Below, one piece after another: positions 34,445-47,096 of a stretch of 64,000 nucleotides of DNA. The stretch lies in the NCBI GenBank assembly GCA_010093995.1, contig ML992511.1:1206172-1270171 (forward strand), read 5' to 3'. Source of the DNA: Elsinoe ampelina (taxonomy: Eukaryota). Every line of letters begins with the position of its first letter. The first letter of the stretch is position 1. The notes under the pieces are model-generated. The model searched no databases. It saw nothing but the letters and a program-made list of their open reading frames with translations, and had not been told where the DNA came from. Made by a program: the position numbers and the translations under genes.

Positions 34445-36424
34445 TGAATCATTCAGGTCCTGGAACGAGACTAGCAATAGGGATGAATCGATGACCGCAT
34501 GTCGAGACGGATGTTGGGGAACGCAGATGGACGCATATCAAATTCGCTGCGGGACATCTGCGTTGGACTGGACAGCTTGGGTGTGGCTGTGCGTCGCTCC
34601 GATTCGAGATCCGGCACGACCCTCCCTCCTACCACATCTACACAAGGCGATCATGAGCTTGCCAGGCATCTGCCGTCTGCAAAATTGGGACGAGAAGAGA
34701 ACGCTTGTGCGCAGGTATTGCCTACGCCTGCTCGAATGCAAGACAAAGGGACGGCCTGTGCGGGGGTGTGCCCGCTTCTTCGCGGACGGGAATCGTTGTG
34801 TCAGTAAGCGACGGAATCGAATGATCAAAAGCAGTTGTACTCCAGCGGTGTCTTCTACATTCAAGGTTGATATTGCTGGCGATGACTGCGTACTAAGCAG
34901 CGCCGATCTACGCGATTGACCTCGTTGGGACGACCGTGTCAACAGCGACTCGATGATCAGGCAGGCTTCTCACACCTGAACGGTGAGTATAACTCTACGT
35001 ACTTCACGCCCAATTTGACACCTTTCACTGAGCTCCAGCACTGTTGGTATCTCAAACTTTTGGTCACACCTTGCTACGAAACGTACACTTGTAGGCTTCA
35101 CTGGTGAACTAGGATCTGATTGTGTTGTACTGGCTGATCGCTATCGTACCTCCCACTGATGCAGCTAATAGTACAAACGCGGAGCGTTTGGTTGTTGAGC
35201 GGCGTGATCTTAGCAGTAACCCATCTCATTGAAGCAAAGCCCATGAAGTCTAGCTTCGGCCCCACACGTTCGACATTCAAGGTCGAGGAGTCTCGAATTC
35301 ACACCGTGGAAATGGTCAGCCGATAACGTTCCGCCCGTACTAACGACTTTGCAGCAGAACTGGTTCATGGGATCCTCATTTGGTATCTTGCCCCGCTAAG
35401 AAGTTTATACTCTCTCAAGAGTGTATAGAGCTATGTCTACTTGGTCTTTCAAAGGTTCGAGAGAATCTGACGTTCCCTTTCAGTGTGCTTCGCTGCCACT
35501 GTCGCATATTGAGCCAGCCCATGCTTACGCTCTCTATCTTCTATAAGACCTGGGGCGCTGACAGGCTAATTATCGCTGGATCTGGATAGATCCCTGACTA
35601 GACAGATTCAATCTAGACGGACAAAACTCGGTATCCTGGGTTCCGCCGGTATCCCCACGGAGATCATTGCCTTGTTCCATGGGGCACTTCGCTGCATCGT
35701 TATGCCAGGCTAACAGTCGGACCGACTTCACTACCATATCTGGCATGAACGCCATTGAACTCAGGATCCTCCCGTTGGCTCCTATAGATCCCACAGGTGG
35801 TATTGCCTTTCGTATGCTGGCTTCCTTGGAAGAGGAGTCAGGATCGTTTTCAGCATTGCAGCTCGTGTATACAACACCAACCTGTACGAGTGTGAGGAGG
35901 CTTCATAAGTCAAGACAGGATCAAAGTCGATGTGGAATGTTGGCATTACAGCCATGGAGCGACATCATCATAGACCTATCCCAGGACCTCGACTAAGGAA
36001 CCAATCTCAACAGTCCAACGGCTCGCAACAGATATCGTTGTACGCCACTACCTCCAATTCAATGGCCCCGACCAAGTACTCCCACCGGCAGTCCCGCAAA
36101 GTGAAATGCCAAAAGCGCTTTTCCTTGGTCGAGAAGATCAATTCTTCGCTGATGGGATCATCTGTAGCACTTTTGAGGAGCTCCACGGCTTTCCTCAGTA
36201 GTAATATTGCCGTATTACCTTCACCCATGATCCATTTCACAGCAGGTTGTCGACCTTATTGCTCCAACTTGGATGGGACAGGTGAAATGTCCATTTCAGA
36301 CTACCAGATCTGGATTCAATGCGACAAGAGTATTGACCTGGTCGATTCGGCAATGTATATACCTACCTCTGTCGTGCAGTCTGGAAAAGTCTGGTAGATT
36401 AAGACCTTCGGCGCACTCCGCAAA

Positions 36425-38134
36425 ATGCACCAACGCGCCCCTTCAACCATGGAGCCTGGTGTGAAGCAGGACGCCATGCAAGCAATGAAAGACCAAAAGG
36501 CTATGGGCTTTGTTGAAAGCTTCCGCTTACACCGCAAAGCCGTCTTTTGGTCAATCACCTTGTCAACATGCATTGTTATGGAGGGCTTCGATTTGATCAT
36601 ACTCGACTCTTTGTATGCTTTGCCAGAGTTTCAAGGGCAATTTGGGACTCTACAACCTGATGGGTCATGCCGAATCACGACAAGATGGCAGACAATCCTG
36701 TCTAGCGTCTCACTTGTGGGCCAGATGATTGGTCTCCTACTGTATGGCTAGATGATTGAGAAGGTGTTTTACAAGAAAACGCTCATCGCAGCCCTCATAT
36801 TGCTTGCAGGAGCTGTGACCACCCCCTTCCTGGCGCAAAGACTTTGGACCTTGGCTTTGGGACAAGTTCTATGCGGCATGCTTTGGTGCGTCTTTGAAAC
36901 GACCACGATAATCTACGCATCAGAAGTCACTCCTGTTGCTCATCGGCCGTTGCTAACTACCTATGTCAAATTCTGATGGTGTCTAGGCCAGCTCATCTCC
37001 TCTTTTGTGTTTAAGCGAACTTTGACCTTGACTACCGAGGAATCATACAAAATACCTTTCGCAACTCAGTGGATCTGGACACTGCTACTTATCGCTGCCA
37101 TCTCTTTTGCATTAGAACCACCGTGGTGGTTGATTCGACAGGACCATCCCGAGGATGCCAAGCGTCAACTGTTGTAACTCACTACGCGTCACTATGCCAA
37201 TCACCACAATGGAAAGGCTGCTGTTAACATGATGTTCTACATCAATGAGCTTGACAAGTCACAATCGGGAGGTGTGGACTATCTGTCGTGCTTCGCTGGT
37301 AGTAAACTCCGACGTAACGAGATTATCTGCAATGTATGGGCTAAGTTAGTCAAGTCGTGTCTGGTGGGCCTTGATGGGATACGCCGCATACTTCTATGAG
37401 CGCGCCGGCATGTCTTTGTCTTCAGCTTTTATTCCTCACTTTGATATCGGTATGATCGGCACCATCTTCTCCTAGTATCTCATGTCGCTGCTCGGCAGGA
37501 GAATGCTTTACCTTGCTGGGCAGGCAATCGGCTTACTCATACTTGTTGCTATGGGATTGACCGCGTTGGCTCTCAAAGGCGAATTAGCCTCTTGGGCCTC
37601 TGGGTCCATGCTCTTAGCTTTCACGTTCTTTTACGATGCAACAGTTGGTCCAGTCTGTTACGCTCTTGTGCCCGAGCTTTCTATAAGACTATTGTTCTTG
37701 CAAGAGTGTGGTACAACATCTTGGGCCTGGCTGCAGCGTTCATCACGCCGCTTCTTCTCAATCCTTCGACGCTCAACTGGTGAGGCAAAGCAGGTTTGAT
37801 CTATGCTGGAACAGCTGCCATCATGCTCATATGGACCTGGTTTCGTTTGCCCGAGACCAAACACCGCACTTTTTATGAGCTTGATCTTCTGTTTGATGAC
37901 AACGTGTCTGCAAGAGGATTTGCAGCCAAGGATATCAGTCTCTCCAGCAGGACAGACGAGACCAGTCAAGGAGGAGGAGGATACAGTCTCACTACCAGGA
38001 AGACCGGAAACAAGAGTCAGATCGCGTCAAACACGGGCAAAGGCCAGGTCTCGTATCGTGAGAATGGTCAAATCAAGGTTGAGAATGTGGTCACAGTCAC
38101 AGAGGAGCAAGTCCACGGCGGGACGAAGACTTGA
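36425..38134 (+). pseudogene. MFS alpha-glucoside/maltose permease pseudogene
   Basis: 'KAVFWS..LSTCIVMEGFD', 'YASEVTPVAHRPLLTTYV', 'YKIPFATQWIW', 'YDATVGPVCY..VPE', 'FRLPETKHRTFYELDLLF'. Premature stops at 36749 (TAG), 36974 (TGA), ~37175, ~37473 and 37781, plus frameshifts. Confidence 0.9.
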
Positions 38135-38246
38135 TAGGACACGCACCAAGGTAGCGTGCTCCTGTGAGCTAAGGCAGAGAGGCACAGGATCTCACCTTTG
38201 GTAGTTTGTGTGCCGATCGGGTGTCGAAACTCGCAATAGTCGCCTC

Positions 38247-39268
38247 CTAGACCTGGACAGCGCCTCCCTCAACACTCGCGCCTGCTATTCGACCAGCTAG
38301 AAATTCCTGCGCCATGTCCTCAAACGCCATCCACTCGACACCCTCGTGGCTATTGATATACTCAATCAATCTATACCTGTCAGTACACAAGCATGAAAGC
38401 AAGCGACGCAGTATGGTACGAACCTCTCATGCATCAATATCACCTGTCCCTTCCCACTGACTTGAGGATGAATAGATATCGGGAAGACAAATTCATCATA
38501 TTCTCTGTAGCAAAAGTCAAATTGATCCTTCCACATCTGCTCCACGGTGTGCGTGTCCACGAATCCATGAGTGCCTGCTACGCCAGGACTAGGCTGTAAC
38601 GGCGGCCAGTCATCCACATGCCAATTCGCTGGTATCTCAACAATCTTGCTGGGTTTGATCTCTCCCATCGGGTGCATCCACGTCTCCGCAGCTTTGGTGG
38701 TATCGGTCTCTACCCACGTCTGAGAATTGTCGGGAGCGTAGTACATTTGGCAGTCATGATGCATGAAAGAGTGGTCATAGATGATGCCCATCTCCTCGAG
38801 CATCGGAATCAGCTCTCGGGTTGTGCTCCATGCTGGCGCCGTATAGCCTCCTGGCTTCTTGCCGGAAAAGGAGGTCAATCTGTCGATACTACCTACCAGG
38901 ATGTCGCGTTGCTGTTGTACTGACAGTGTTGAGATGTGCTCGTGTGTATAGCCATGGAGACCAAGTTCATGACCTGCGTCGCGGACCTTGGCAAGCTGTT
39001 TCGGGAATGACTCCAAGCTGTGCGCAGGGGTGAAGAAAGTGGCGCGGATGGAGTATTTCTCGAAGACGCGAAGGAGCCGATCAATGCCAACTGTAGCCCC
39101 GAAGATGCCTCTCGATATGTTGGTAGGGTTGGCAAGGGCCCCGTTGCGAGTATTCAGCCAGCCTGAAACGGCATCGACATCGACAGGGAGGGGGTCAGCT
39201 GCTCAAATGGATCCTATCGAATCGTGCCACATACCACCATATCCTATCAGAACTCTTTTGGCCGGCAT
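38247..39268 (-). CDS. Polysaccharide deacetylase (CE4, HP0310/PgdA-like); first intron acceptor appears mutated, so possibly a pseudogene
   Basis: 'KRVLIGYG|VDVDAVSGWL', 'SRG.FGATVG', 'GHELGLHGYTHE', 'VEIPANWHVDDWPP', 'IHPQVSG', 'HER|LIEYINSHEGVEW'. Intron 39184-39234 ends in TG rather than AG. Confidence 0.85.
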
Positions 39269-39874
39269 GGTCACGAGATCGTCCAAGTACGCTCGTACAG
39301 GTGTCCTGGTGCTTGAAGGAGATAACGGAGGAAAGTATGACAGAACATGGTGATCTACATTACCCCTCATCTTCCGCGGACCATCCCGTTCCAAATCAAA
39401 GGGGACCCCCATCAGACCGTGGCCTGCTCTTGAGGCCGGCGGCGAGAACGGTTGCTCCGGCCTCCATATATTTGAACTAAGATGGAATCTCGCCTTGGCA
39501 GCGAAGTGAAATAATCTAGGGGACCAAGAAGGCAGCAGCATGGTATCAAGCAGGATGGACTAAATTAAAGATCTTGTGAAGCTTCATGGCATTATGAAAT
39601 CGTACTTACTATGCATGAAACGGGACGAGGGTGTCTGTGGTGGAAGCCCCATAAGCTCACCACGTATTTCCAGTGAAAAAGTCCATCGATGGTCCACCTG
39701 TAAATGCGAAGTCTGACTGCGTGCCAGCAGACACAGCCATCCACATATGCATCGTTTTCAGAGGCCAAGGTCATTGCGACCACGAAGCAAAGAAAATTGT
39801 CAGATGAAGGTCCGCTTCCAAGTTTGGAGCAGAAACGTTGTGAAATGAGGTCAGGGCACGTGACTTTCGGCGCG

Positions 39875-40132
39875 TGTCAACCTCGGCAAGAGCTGTGGTG
39901 CCAAGAAGGACCCTGATTCAGTGTACCTAAGGTTGAACTGAGTACTCACCAACGGTTACACCAATTTATGATCAATTTAGACGGTTATTGTCTTATTCTG
40001 TTAAAGCTTAGGAGTTCTGTTAATTTAGTTATCTCTTAGTTTATTAGGTTGAGTATTTATATAGGGAGAATCCACCTAATTTTAGTAGATTAGGCAGTAA
40101 TTAATCTCTTTCTCTCCCTACACAAGTTAATA
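39875..40132 (+). repeat. 5' LTR
   Basis: TGTCAACCTCGG...CACAAGTTAATA; aligns gap-free with 44841-45098, terminal CA mutated to TA. Confidence 0.95.
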
Positions 40133-42646
40133 GTTATAAGCCCGGTATAACTACCCCTACACAAGTATATTATTTAGTAGCTTCTCTACTCGATTTATTA
40201 GTTTATTCTCTATTATCTCGCTTTTTAAGCACTAGAATCTGTTAAGTACTACCTTATCTACTACTATAGGATTTAGGTATTAACAAAGAGATAAACAACT
40301 ATAGATACTAACATACTAATAGCTAGAACACCTATTATTCTTGCTATATTAGCTAAATAGGCTAGCTAGCTATATATTATTAAGACTAGAGCTTTAAATA
40401 CTAAGATCTAGCATATTATTAATCCCTAGGAGATAGTTAAGCTAGAAGGGCTCCCTAAGCCTTAGAGGCTAGATATATTAGATTCTAACTTCTTAGTACT
40501 CTTCTAGATCTATAAGGAGGAGTAAGCTTAGTATAACAAACAGTATAAGGCCTTAGTAGATCTAGCTAGCCTTATTTAGTTATTAATTGCACTATAAGTT
40601 CTTATAGTTATCTAACTAGAGGGAGATTCTTATCTATAAGCTATTCTTAGAGTATTAAAGAACAGATTTGCACTATCTAATGCTATAATCTAGCTTAAGG
40701 TTAAAGCTCTCTAGAGGAGATAACTCTCTAGTCTATTATTACAGAATATAGACTATTAGCTTTAGCAATAGAAAGAGGTTATAGATAAGGCTAGGAATTA
40801 CAACCTACTAGAAGCTTAAGGCTTAAGGCTATAGAGAGACTTCTTACTCTCTATCTTAAGGACTAAACTAGCATTTACTAACAAATATCTTATTAATCTA
40901 GATTTACTAACTCTACTAACTATACTTAAGTTAATTACTAAGTTTAGACAGTTTTACAAACTTTATAAGCTATATAGCACTATAAAGGCTAGTAAGGGAG
41001 TAATAGTATTCTCTATAGCTACTAAGGACTCTATAAAAGAGCCTAGTTCTACTAGGGAGCCTAGATATATATACTAGAAGCGGTATAAGTAGAGTAAGTG
41101 CTATTACTTAAATAAGTATCTAAGGCTAGAAGGATAGTTACTAAACTAATAAACCCTTAAGGAGGTTAAGTAAAGGCTTAATAATAAGGCCTTAAGGGAG
41201 AAGGTTAAAGCTATCCTTACTAAGGAAGCTTACCTTTATAAGGGGTTATCCCTACTAGTGCTAATTAATATAGCTATAACTATTAGATTATACTTAGTAT
41301 TTATCTTAGCTACTAGTAACATCTTAAGTTTATAGATTCTAGATTCTAGAGTAACTAATTACATCTGTAATTATACTATAAAGGACAGATATAAGGTCAC
41401 TAGACTTATAGAACCTTATAAGTAAATATTCTATAGTAACACCTTACTTACTATTAAGAGTTAAGGATCGATTACTATTATAGCGATCTATAGGGGAAAG
41501 CTAGTAACTATCTAACTTATATAGGTAGCTTATATGCTATTAATGATAACTAATCTAGTTAGCCTTAGGAGATTCCTAAAGAGTAGAGTCTACTAGAATA
41601 CTTAAACTATAGAGATTAATTATAAAGGGAAGGTACTCTTCTTAGTGACTCTAAAACACAATTAATACATAGTAGAGAATAACTCTAAAGCTCCTTATGC
41701 TATTGCTATAGCTATAGGAGGCACTAGAGATCCTTATCTATTAGTATTTACCTTAGTTATAATAAGGACTAATTAATCCTAGCATAAAGTTATAGGCTAT
41801 CTAAGTATAGAGTTTATTAATCACCTCCTAACTACTATAGTTAGTAGTAAACTAACCTTAACTAAGTCTAACTTGTATTAACTAATTTATCTTAGGTTAC
41901 TATATTAGACTTATAAGCTATTAAATGCTTAGAAGCTTATCTTAAGGAGCCCTAACACTAAGATTGTTATAACTAAGCCCTTTAAAAGAATTACCTTTAA
42001 TATTATTATTAATAGGTTTACTAGCTATAATAAGGCAAGGTATATAAGCTATTTTGCCTATAGGGCTACTAACTATTACCTTATAAGCAGTTATGCTTAT
42101 AGATATAAGATTAATAAAATCTATATTAAGATAATTACTTATATTAAAAGTAATCTTAGCTTTAAGATTAGATTTGTTAGGAGTAACAATAAAGGGGCCT
42201 TTAGCCTTAGATTTACTATCTTCCTAGATAGTAAAGGTATCTAAAGAGAGCTATCTACTCTATATACTCTAGTATAGAATAGTTATAGTAAAAGGATAGG
42301 GTCTATGCTATTAAGAAGAGTAAGAGTAGTAGCTATCTTTGCTAATCTTCTAAGGGAACTATACTCTAAACTATATAGATTAGTAGCCTATCTAATAAAT
42401 AGAACTCCACTTAAGAAGCTTAACTAGAAGACTCTCTTTAAGCTAGTTTATAGATGCTCTCTATTAATCTCCTATCTTAGGCTAATTAGTTACAAGGCCT
42501 ATATACTAGATTATTATGTTATAAGTAGTAATAAGCTTACACTAAGAGCATACATTAGTTATCTAGTTAGATATAACTTAACTAACATATTTAGGATCTT
42601 TATACTAGCCTTAAAGAAGGTTATTAGAACAAGGGATATTAGATTT

Positions 42647-43076
42647 NNNNNNNNNNNNNNNNNNNNNNNNNNNNNNNNNNNNNNNNNNNNNNNNNNNNNN
42701 NNNNNNNNNNNNNNNNNNNNNNNNNNNNNNNNNNNNNNNNNNNNNNNNNNNNNNNNNNNNNNNNNNNNNNNNNNNNNNNNNNNNNNNNNNNNNNNNNNNN
42801 NNNNNNNNNNNNNNNNNNNNNNNNNNNNNNNNNNNNNNNNNNNNNNNNNNNNNNNNNNNNNNNNNNNNNNNNNNNNNNNNNNNNNNNNNNNNNNNNNNNN
42901 NNNNNNNNNNNNNNNNNNNNNNNNNNNNNNNNNNNNNNNNNNNNNNNNNNNNNNNNNNNNNNNNNNNNNNNNNNNNNNNNNNNNNNNNNNNNNNNNNNNN
43001 NNNNNNNNNNNNNNNNNNNNNNNNNNNNNNNNNNNNNNNNNNNNNNNNNNNNNNNNNNNNNNNNNNNNNNNNNNNN
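42647..43076. other. Assembly gap (430 N) inside the retrotransposon
   Basis: Run of n characters. Confidence 1.
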
Positions 43077-44840
43077 ATAAGAAGGACTAGGAAACTAAGA
43101 AGGTAGGCCTATATTACTAGTCTTATATAGCCTTAGGAGGCTCCTAGATATTATTAAGCTTTTAATGCTTATCTATTAATAAAGCTAATCTAGCTAAAGC
43201 TAGAACTAAGAGATAATCTACCTCTACTACTAGCTAACATTAGGGAGCTATAAGCTTATCCTTATAGGAAGTAATTCTAATAAGTAATAAAGGTAGAATT
43301 GCTTACTCTCTATTTAAAAGACACTTAGACTATTATACTTACATCTTAAGCTATAGGGAAGCTAGTGCTACTAACCTAGGTCTTTATATATAAGACTAAT
43401 AACAAAGGAGAAGTTATTAAACATAAGGTAAGGCTTTATATAAGAGGTAATCTTTAATCTATAGAATTAGAGACTTATATAGCTATATTAGCTACTAAGA
43501 TTTTTAGAATACTTATAGCCCTCCTTACTTATAAGGATATAGAGGCTATCTAGATAGATATTGTTAATGCTTATGTTAATAGTCCTATTAATAAGACAAT
43601 CTACTACACTATCCTACCTAGATTTAAGCTTATACTAGAGGTACTTATAAAGGACTATCCTAGTATAGTATTATCTAATATAATTCTCCTACTAAAGAAG
43701 GCACTCTATAGCCTTAAATAAGCACTAGCTCTCTAGTATATAGAATTTACTACTACACTAAAGAATCTTAGATTTACTTAGGCCTCTAAGGCTCTATACC
43801 TCTAGCTAACCCCTAAGGTAATAATCTTCTTCTTTGTGAATAATATTACTATTATATACCTTAAGAAGCACAAGGGCAAGGCTAACACTATTATTATAGC
43901 CCTATATACTAAGTATAAGATAAAGATACTTAGAGATCTAAGCTAGTTCCTTACTATCTAAGTTATAAGGGATAGGTCTATAAGGAAGCTATAGCTTAGC
44001 TAAGCCTAGTACTTACAATAGATATATAGCAAGTTTATTATAGAACTAATAAGGCTAGTATTAACACCTCTACTAGTTGAAATGCTCTAGCCCTCTAAAG
44101 GCTAAGTATTACTATAGGAGATCTACCTATACTAGTAGAAGGTAGGATCTATTAACTTTGTAGTAGTTATTACTAGGCCTAATGTTACCTTTGCTACTTC
44201 TAGATTATTAGAGCATCTAATAAATCCTTTACTAATATACTAAAGGCTAGCGAATAGAGTAATCTAGTATCTCTATAAGACTAGAGATCTAGCCCTTACC
44301 TTTAATAGCTTAATACTACTACTAATCTTCTAAGCCTTATTAGATACTAGCTTTAGAAGTTACTCTTTAAGGAAGAGCCTTTAGGGGTATCTATTTAAGC
44401 TATTCTAAGGCTCTATAGATTAGAAAGCTATAAAGCAGCTAACTGTTACTACTTCTAGTATAGAGGCTAAACTACTTACTCTTGTAGAGACCACTAAGCA
44501 AGCTATGTAGTAGAGGAGGCTAATAGCCGCTATCTATCTACTAAGGAATATTAGCATTTAGTGTAACAACTAGTAAACTATTAGCCTTATTACTAGTCTA
44601 ATTAAGAAGCTTAACATACGCCTTTGCTATGTTAATATCTATTATCACTAGCTAAGACAAGAGATCAATCTAGGAGGCCCTATCTCTATAGACTAGACTC
44701 CCTTAGTAGATATACTAGTAGATGGACTTACTAAGTTACTTCCTCTAGGGAGGTATAAGGCCTTCTTATAATAGCTATCCCTCGAGTTAGTAGTCCACTA
44801 ACTAGCTATAATAGACTTATTGCTATTTAGTAAAGGGGTG

Positions 44841-45098
44841 TGTCAACCTCGGCAAGAGCTATAGTGCCAAGAAGGACCCTGATTCAGTGTACCTAAGGTT
44901 AAACTAAGCACTTACTAACAGTTACACTAATTCATGATCAATTTAGACAGTTATTGTCTTATTCTGTTGAAGCTTAGGAGTTCTGTTAATTCAGTTATCT
45001 CTTAGTTTATCAGGTTGAGTATTTATATAGGGAGAATCCACCTAATTTTGGTGGATTAGGCAGTAATCAATCTCTTTCTCTCCCCACACAAGTCAACA
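44841..45098 (+). repeat. 3' LTR
   Basis: TGTCAACCTCGG...CACAAGTCAACA, TG...CA termini, followed by TSD GCGCG. Confidence 0.95.
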
Positions 45099-45109
45099 GC
45101 GCGCTCAGC

Positions 45110-45135
45110 ACGCGAAACGCGGAAATGATGCGCGT
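45110..45135. promoter_or_regulatory. Cluster of MCB/SCB-like G1/S elements upstream of DPB4
   Basis: ACGCG at 45110 and 45117, CGCGAAA at 45111, CGCGT at 45131, all 135-160 bp upstream of a DNA-replication gene. Confidence 0.5.
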
Positions 45136-45269
45136 TTCACGATACTGGTCTTTTCTTCGACAGCAACATTACTGACATCCACTTGAGCAAGAATAAATTT
45201 GATACTCTGGGAGACATCATTTCATCGGAAGAATCACATTCCTCATCTTTACGCATATCAACCACAGCG

Positions 45270-46187
45270 ATGCCGCCGCGAAAGTCCAACGTTTCTGTAG
45301 TCACGAATGGGGAGGGGGGGGAAGTCGCCACACCCACCAGCAATACAAAGTCACGAGATCAGAATGGTTTGAGCGTAGAGGTCGGTGATTGTGTTACTTG
45401 CAAGTGCAATGTGCTAATGCTGTTGACAGGAGCTTAATCTGCCGCGGACAATGGTGCAACGACTGGCCAAGGGCGTCTTACCATCAAATACACAAATCCA
45501 AAGGGATGCACTGCTAGCTATTTCAAAAAGCGCAACCGTCTTTGTCAACTTTCTCGCATCACAGTAAGTCCGCTGATGTCATGCGGTACCGATTGTAGCA
45601 AGCTGACGAAGAATAGGGCAGGGGAGAATGCGGCTGCATCGGGGAAGAAGACAATCATGCCACACGATGTATATGCTGCTCTCAAAGAGAACGAGTATGA
45701 TTCTTTCATCGACAGGGTGAAAGAGGAGACGATCAGTATGGTCTTCGTCTTCGAGCTATTGTGGCGGATGCTGACGGACCCAGAATACAACGAAATACAG
45801 TGTGACAAGCGCAACACCTACCGCCGGACAAAGGCGGCAGAGAAGAAAGCTGCTGATTCAGGCGGCGCGACCAATGGTGAAGCGATGGATGAGGACGGCC
45901 AGGCAAAAGTGAATGGCACAAATGGCACAGCAGAGGAGGATGGGGAACGACCGGCAAAGAAACTTCGACGAGAGGATGGAGAGGAGGGCGAGGATGGCGA
46001 AGAAGATGAACCAGACATGTTTGAGCCTGACGACGACATTGTAGAGGAAGAGGACAGCGCAGAAGAAGAAGTTGAGGAGGAGATTGAGGAGGACGAACCG
46101 GACGATGCTGACGAAGGCATGGAAGATGAGGAAGCCAGAGCCAACGGTATCCGCGACGAAGCTCTCGACGAGCCCGATAGCGATTGA
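45270..46187 (+). CDS. DPB4: DNA polymerase epsilon histone-fold subunit (Dpb4/POLE3), 4 exons
   Basis: 'MPPRKS...VE|ELNLPRTMVQRLAKGVLPSNTQIQRDALLAISKSATVFVNFLAS', 'GKKTIMPHDVYAALKENEY', 'YNEIQCDKRNTYRR', acidic tail. Confidence 0.92.
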
Positions 46188-46367
46188 GAATGTATTCATG
46201 AGATGCTCAACACCGAACCATTTCCTTTCCCGTTCGCCTCGCAATGCATAGCAGCGCTAATGTTATCAACCCTTGCTCCGTAGCCATGCCTGTATCCCAG
46301 CAATTCGACGACTCGCGTCTTATCATTCCATCTCATACCGACCCATGGATATCACCTCGACGTCCGT

Positions 46368-46830
46368 TCAACCTCCACGGCTGGCGAGTATAGCAGCCTC
46401 ATAATCAGCCATCTCGTAAGGATCTCCGTAGCGGTCTGCTTCCGATCAGTCTTCTGCAATTCCCCAGCGTATGAGATCACTCACTTCCGACCTTACGGTC
46501 CTTATGCAAGATCATAGTCCAAGCTCTCTCTGACTCCTCGACCGCCCTCTTGTCCTTCCAGACGTGTCCCGGCTCGTCCTCGGTCCTCCTCCAGGTATAT
46601 CCGCTGGGCTGATGTGTCTGGACTTCCTGCTGTTCAGCCTCCCTGGCGGCGACGGCTGCTGCTGAGCGTGTCATTGGGTGTGACAGATCTGTGTGATTGT
46701 CAAGGGTAGAGATTGGGCGTTTGCCGTTGGCGTTGGCGTGCGGCGAAGGTAGCGGGGCACTTTGTGACGAAGGAGGTGAAAGATCGCTGAATCCTGAAGC
46801 TTGGTTTGGTGTCGTTGGTTTAGCATCCAT
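46368..46830 (-). CDS. Small hypothetical protein, 2 exons
   Basis: 'MDAKPTTP..LSPPSSQ...SGYTWRRTEDEPGHVWKDKRAVEE...KVG|..RYGDPYEMAD'. Intron GTGAGT..CTGAT..CAG at ~46436-46483. Confidence 0.65.
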
Positions 46831-47096
46831 TGTATCACCTAAAAGGGCTTCGTTGGGTTGGTGGATGATATTCTCTGAGCCCAGAGTGAATTGGTGAAAC
46901 AAGGATGAACCCATTCAAGCATGCGCAGTGATGAAGTTGCGTGAGCCGCGTTTGCCGCGTCAGCCGCAATTGGTATGGAGAAGATGAGGGGCATTTTAAT
47001 TTCCTGCCCTCACTTTGCGTACCAGGAATTGGAGCTTGTGTTTCACCGGGAAGCACATCAATCTGGGTTTCTACATGTTCAACAGCGATAACGACC

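Larger units (their letters stand above)
39875..45098 (+). mobile_element. Full-length Ty1/copia LTR retrotransposon, heavily RIP-mutated and inactive
   Basis: Two 258-bp LTRs, GCGCG target-site duplication (39870-39874, 45099-45103), PBS-like gttataagccc at 40133, purine tract at 44832-44840. Degenerate domains in the order protease (WILDSG-like ~41332), integrase (~41780-42640), RT (~43300-44300), RNase H (TTSS.EA, ADGLTK-like ~44330-44740). Very TpA-rich and full of stops. Confidence 0.95.

Noticed and set aside
34490..36400. Possible degraded gene(s) between SF3a2 and the permease pseudogene
   Set aside because: Short protein-like stretches (e.g. 36007-36240) but no recognisable family.
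39950..45060. AT-rich block as centromere, mitochondrial insert or contamination
   Set aside because: LTRs, TSD and copia domain remnants with TpA excess explain it fully as a RIP-mutated retrotransposon.
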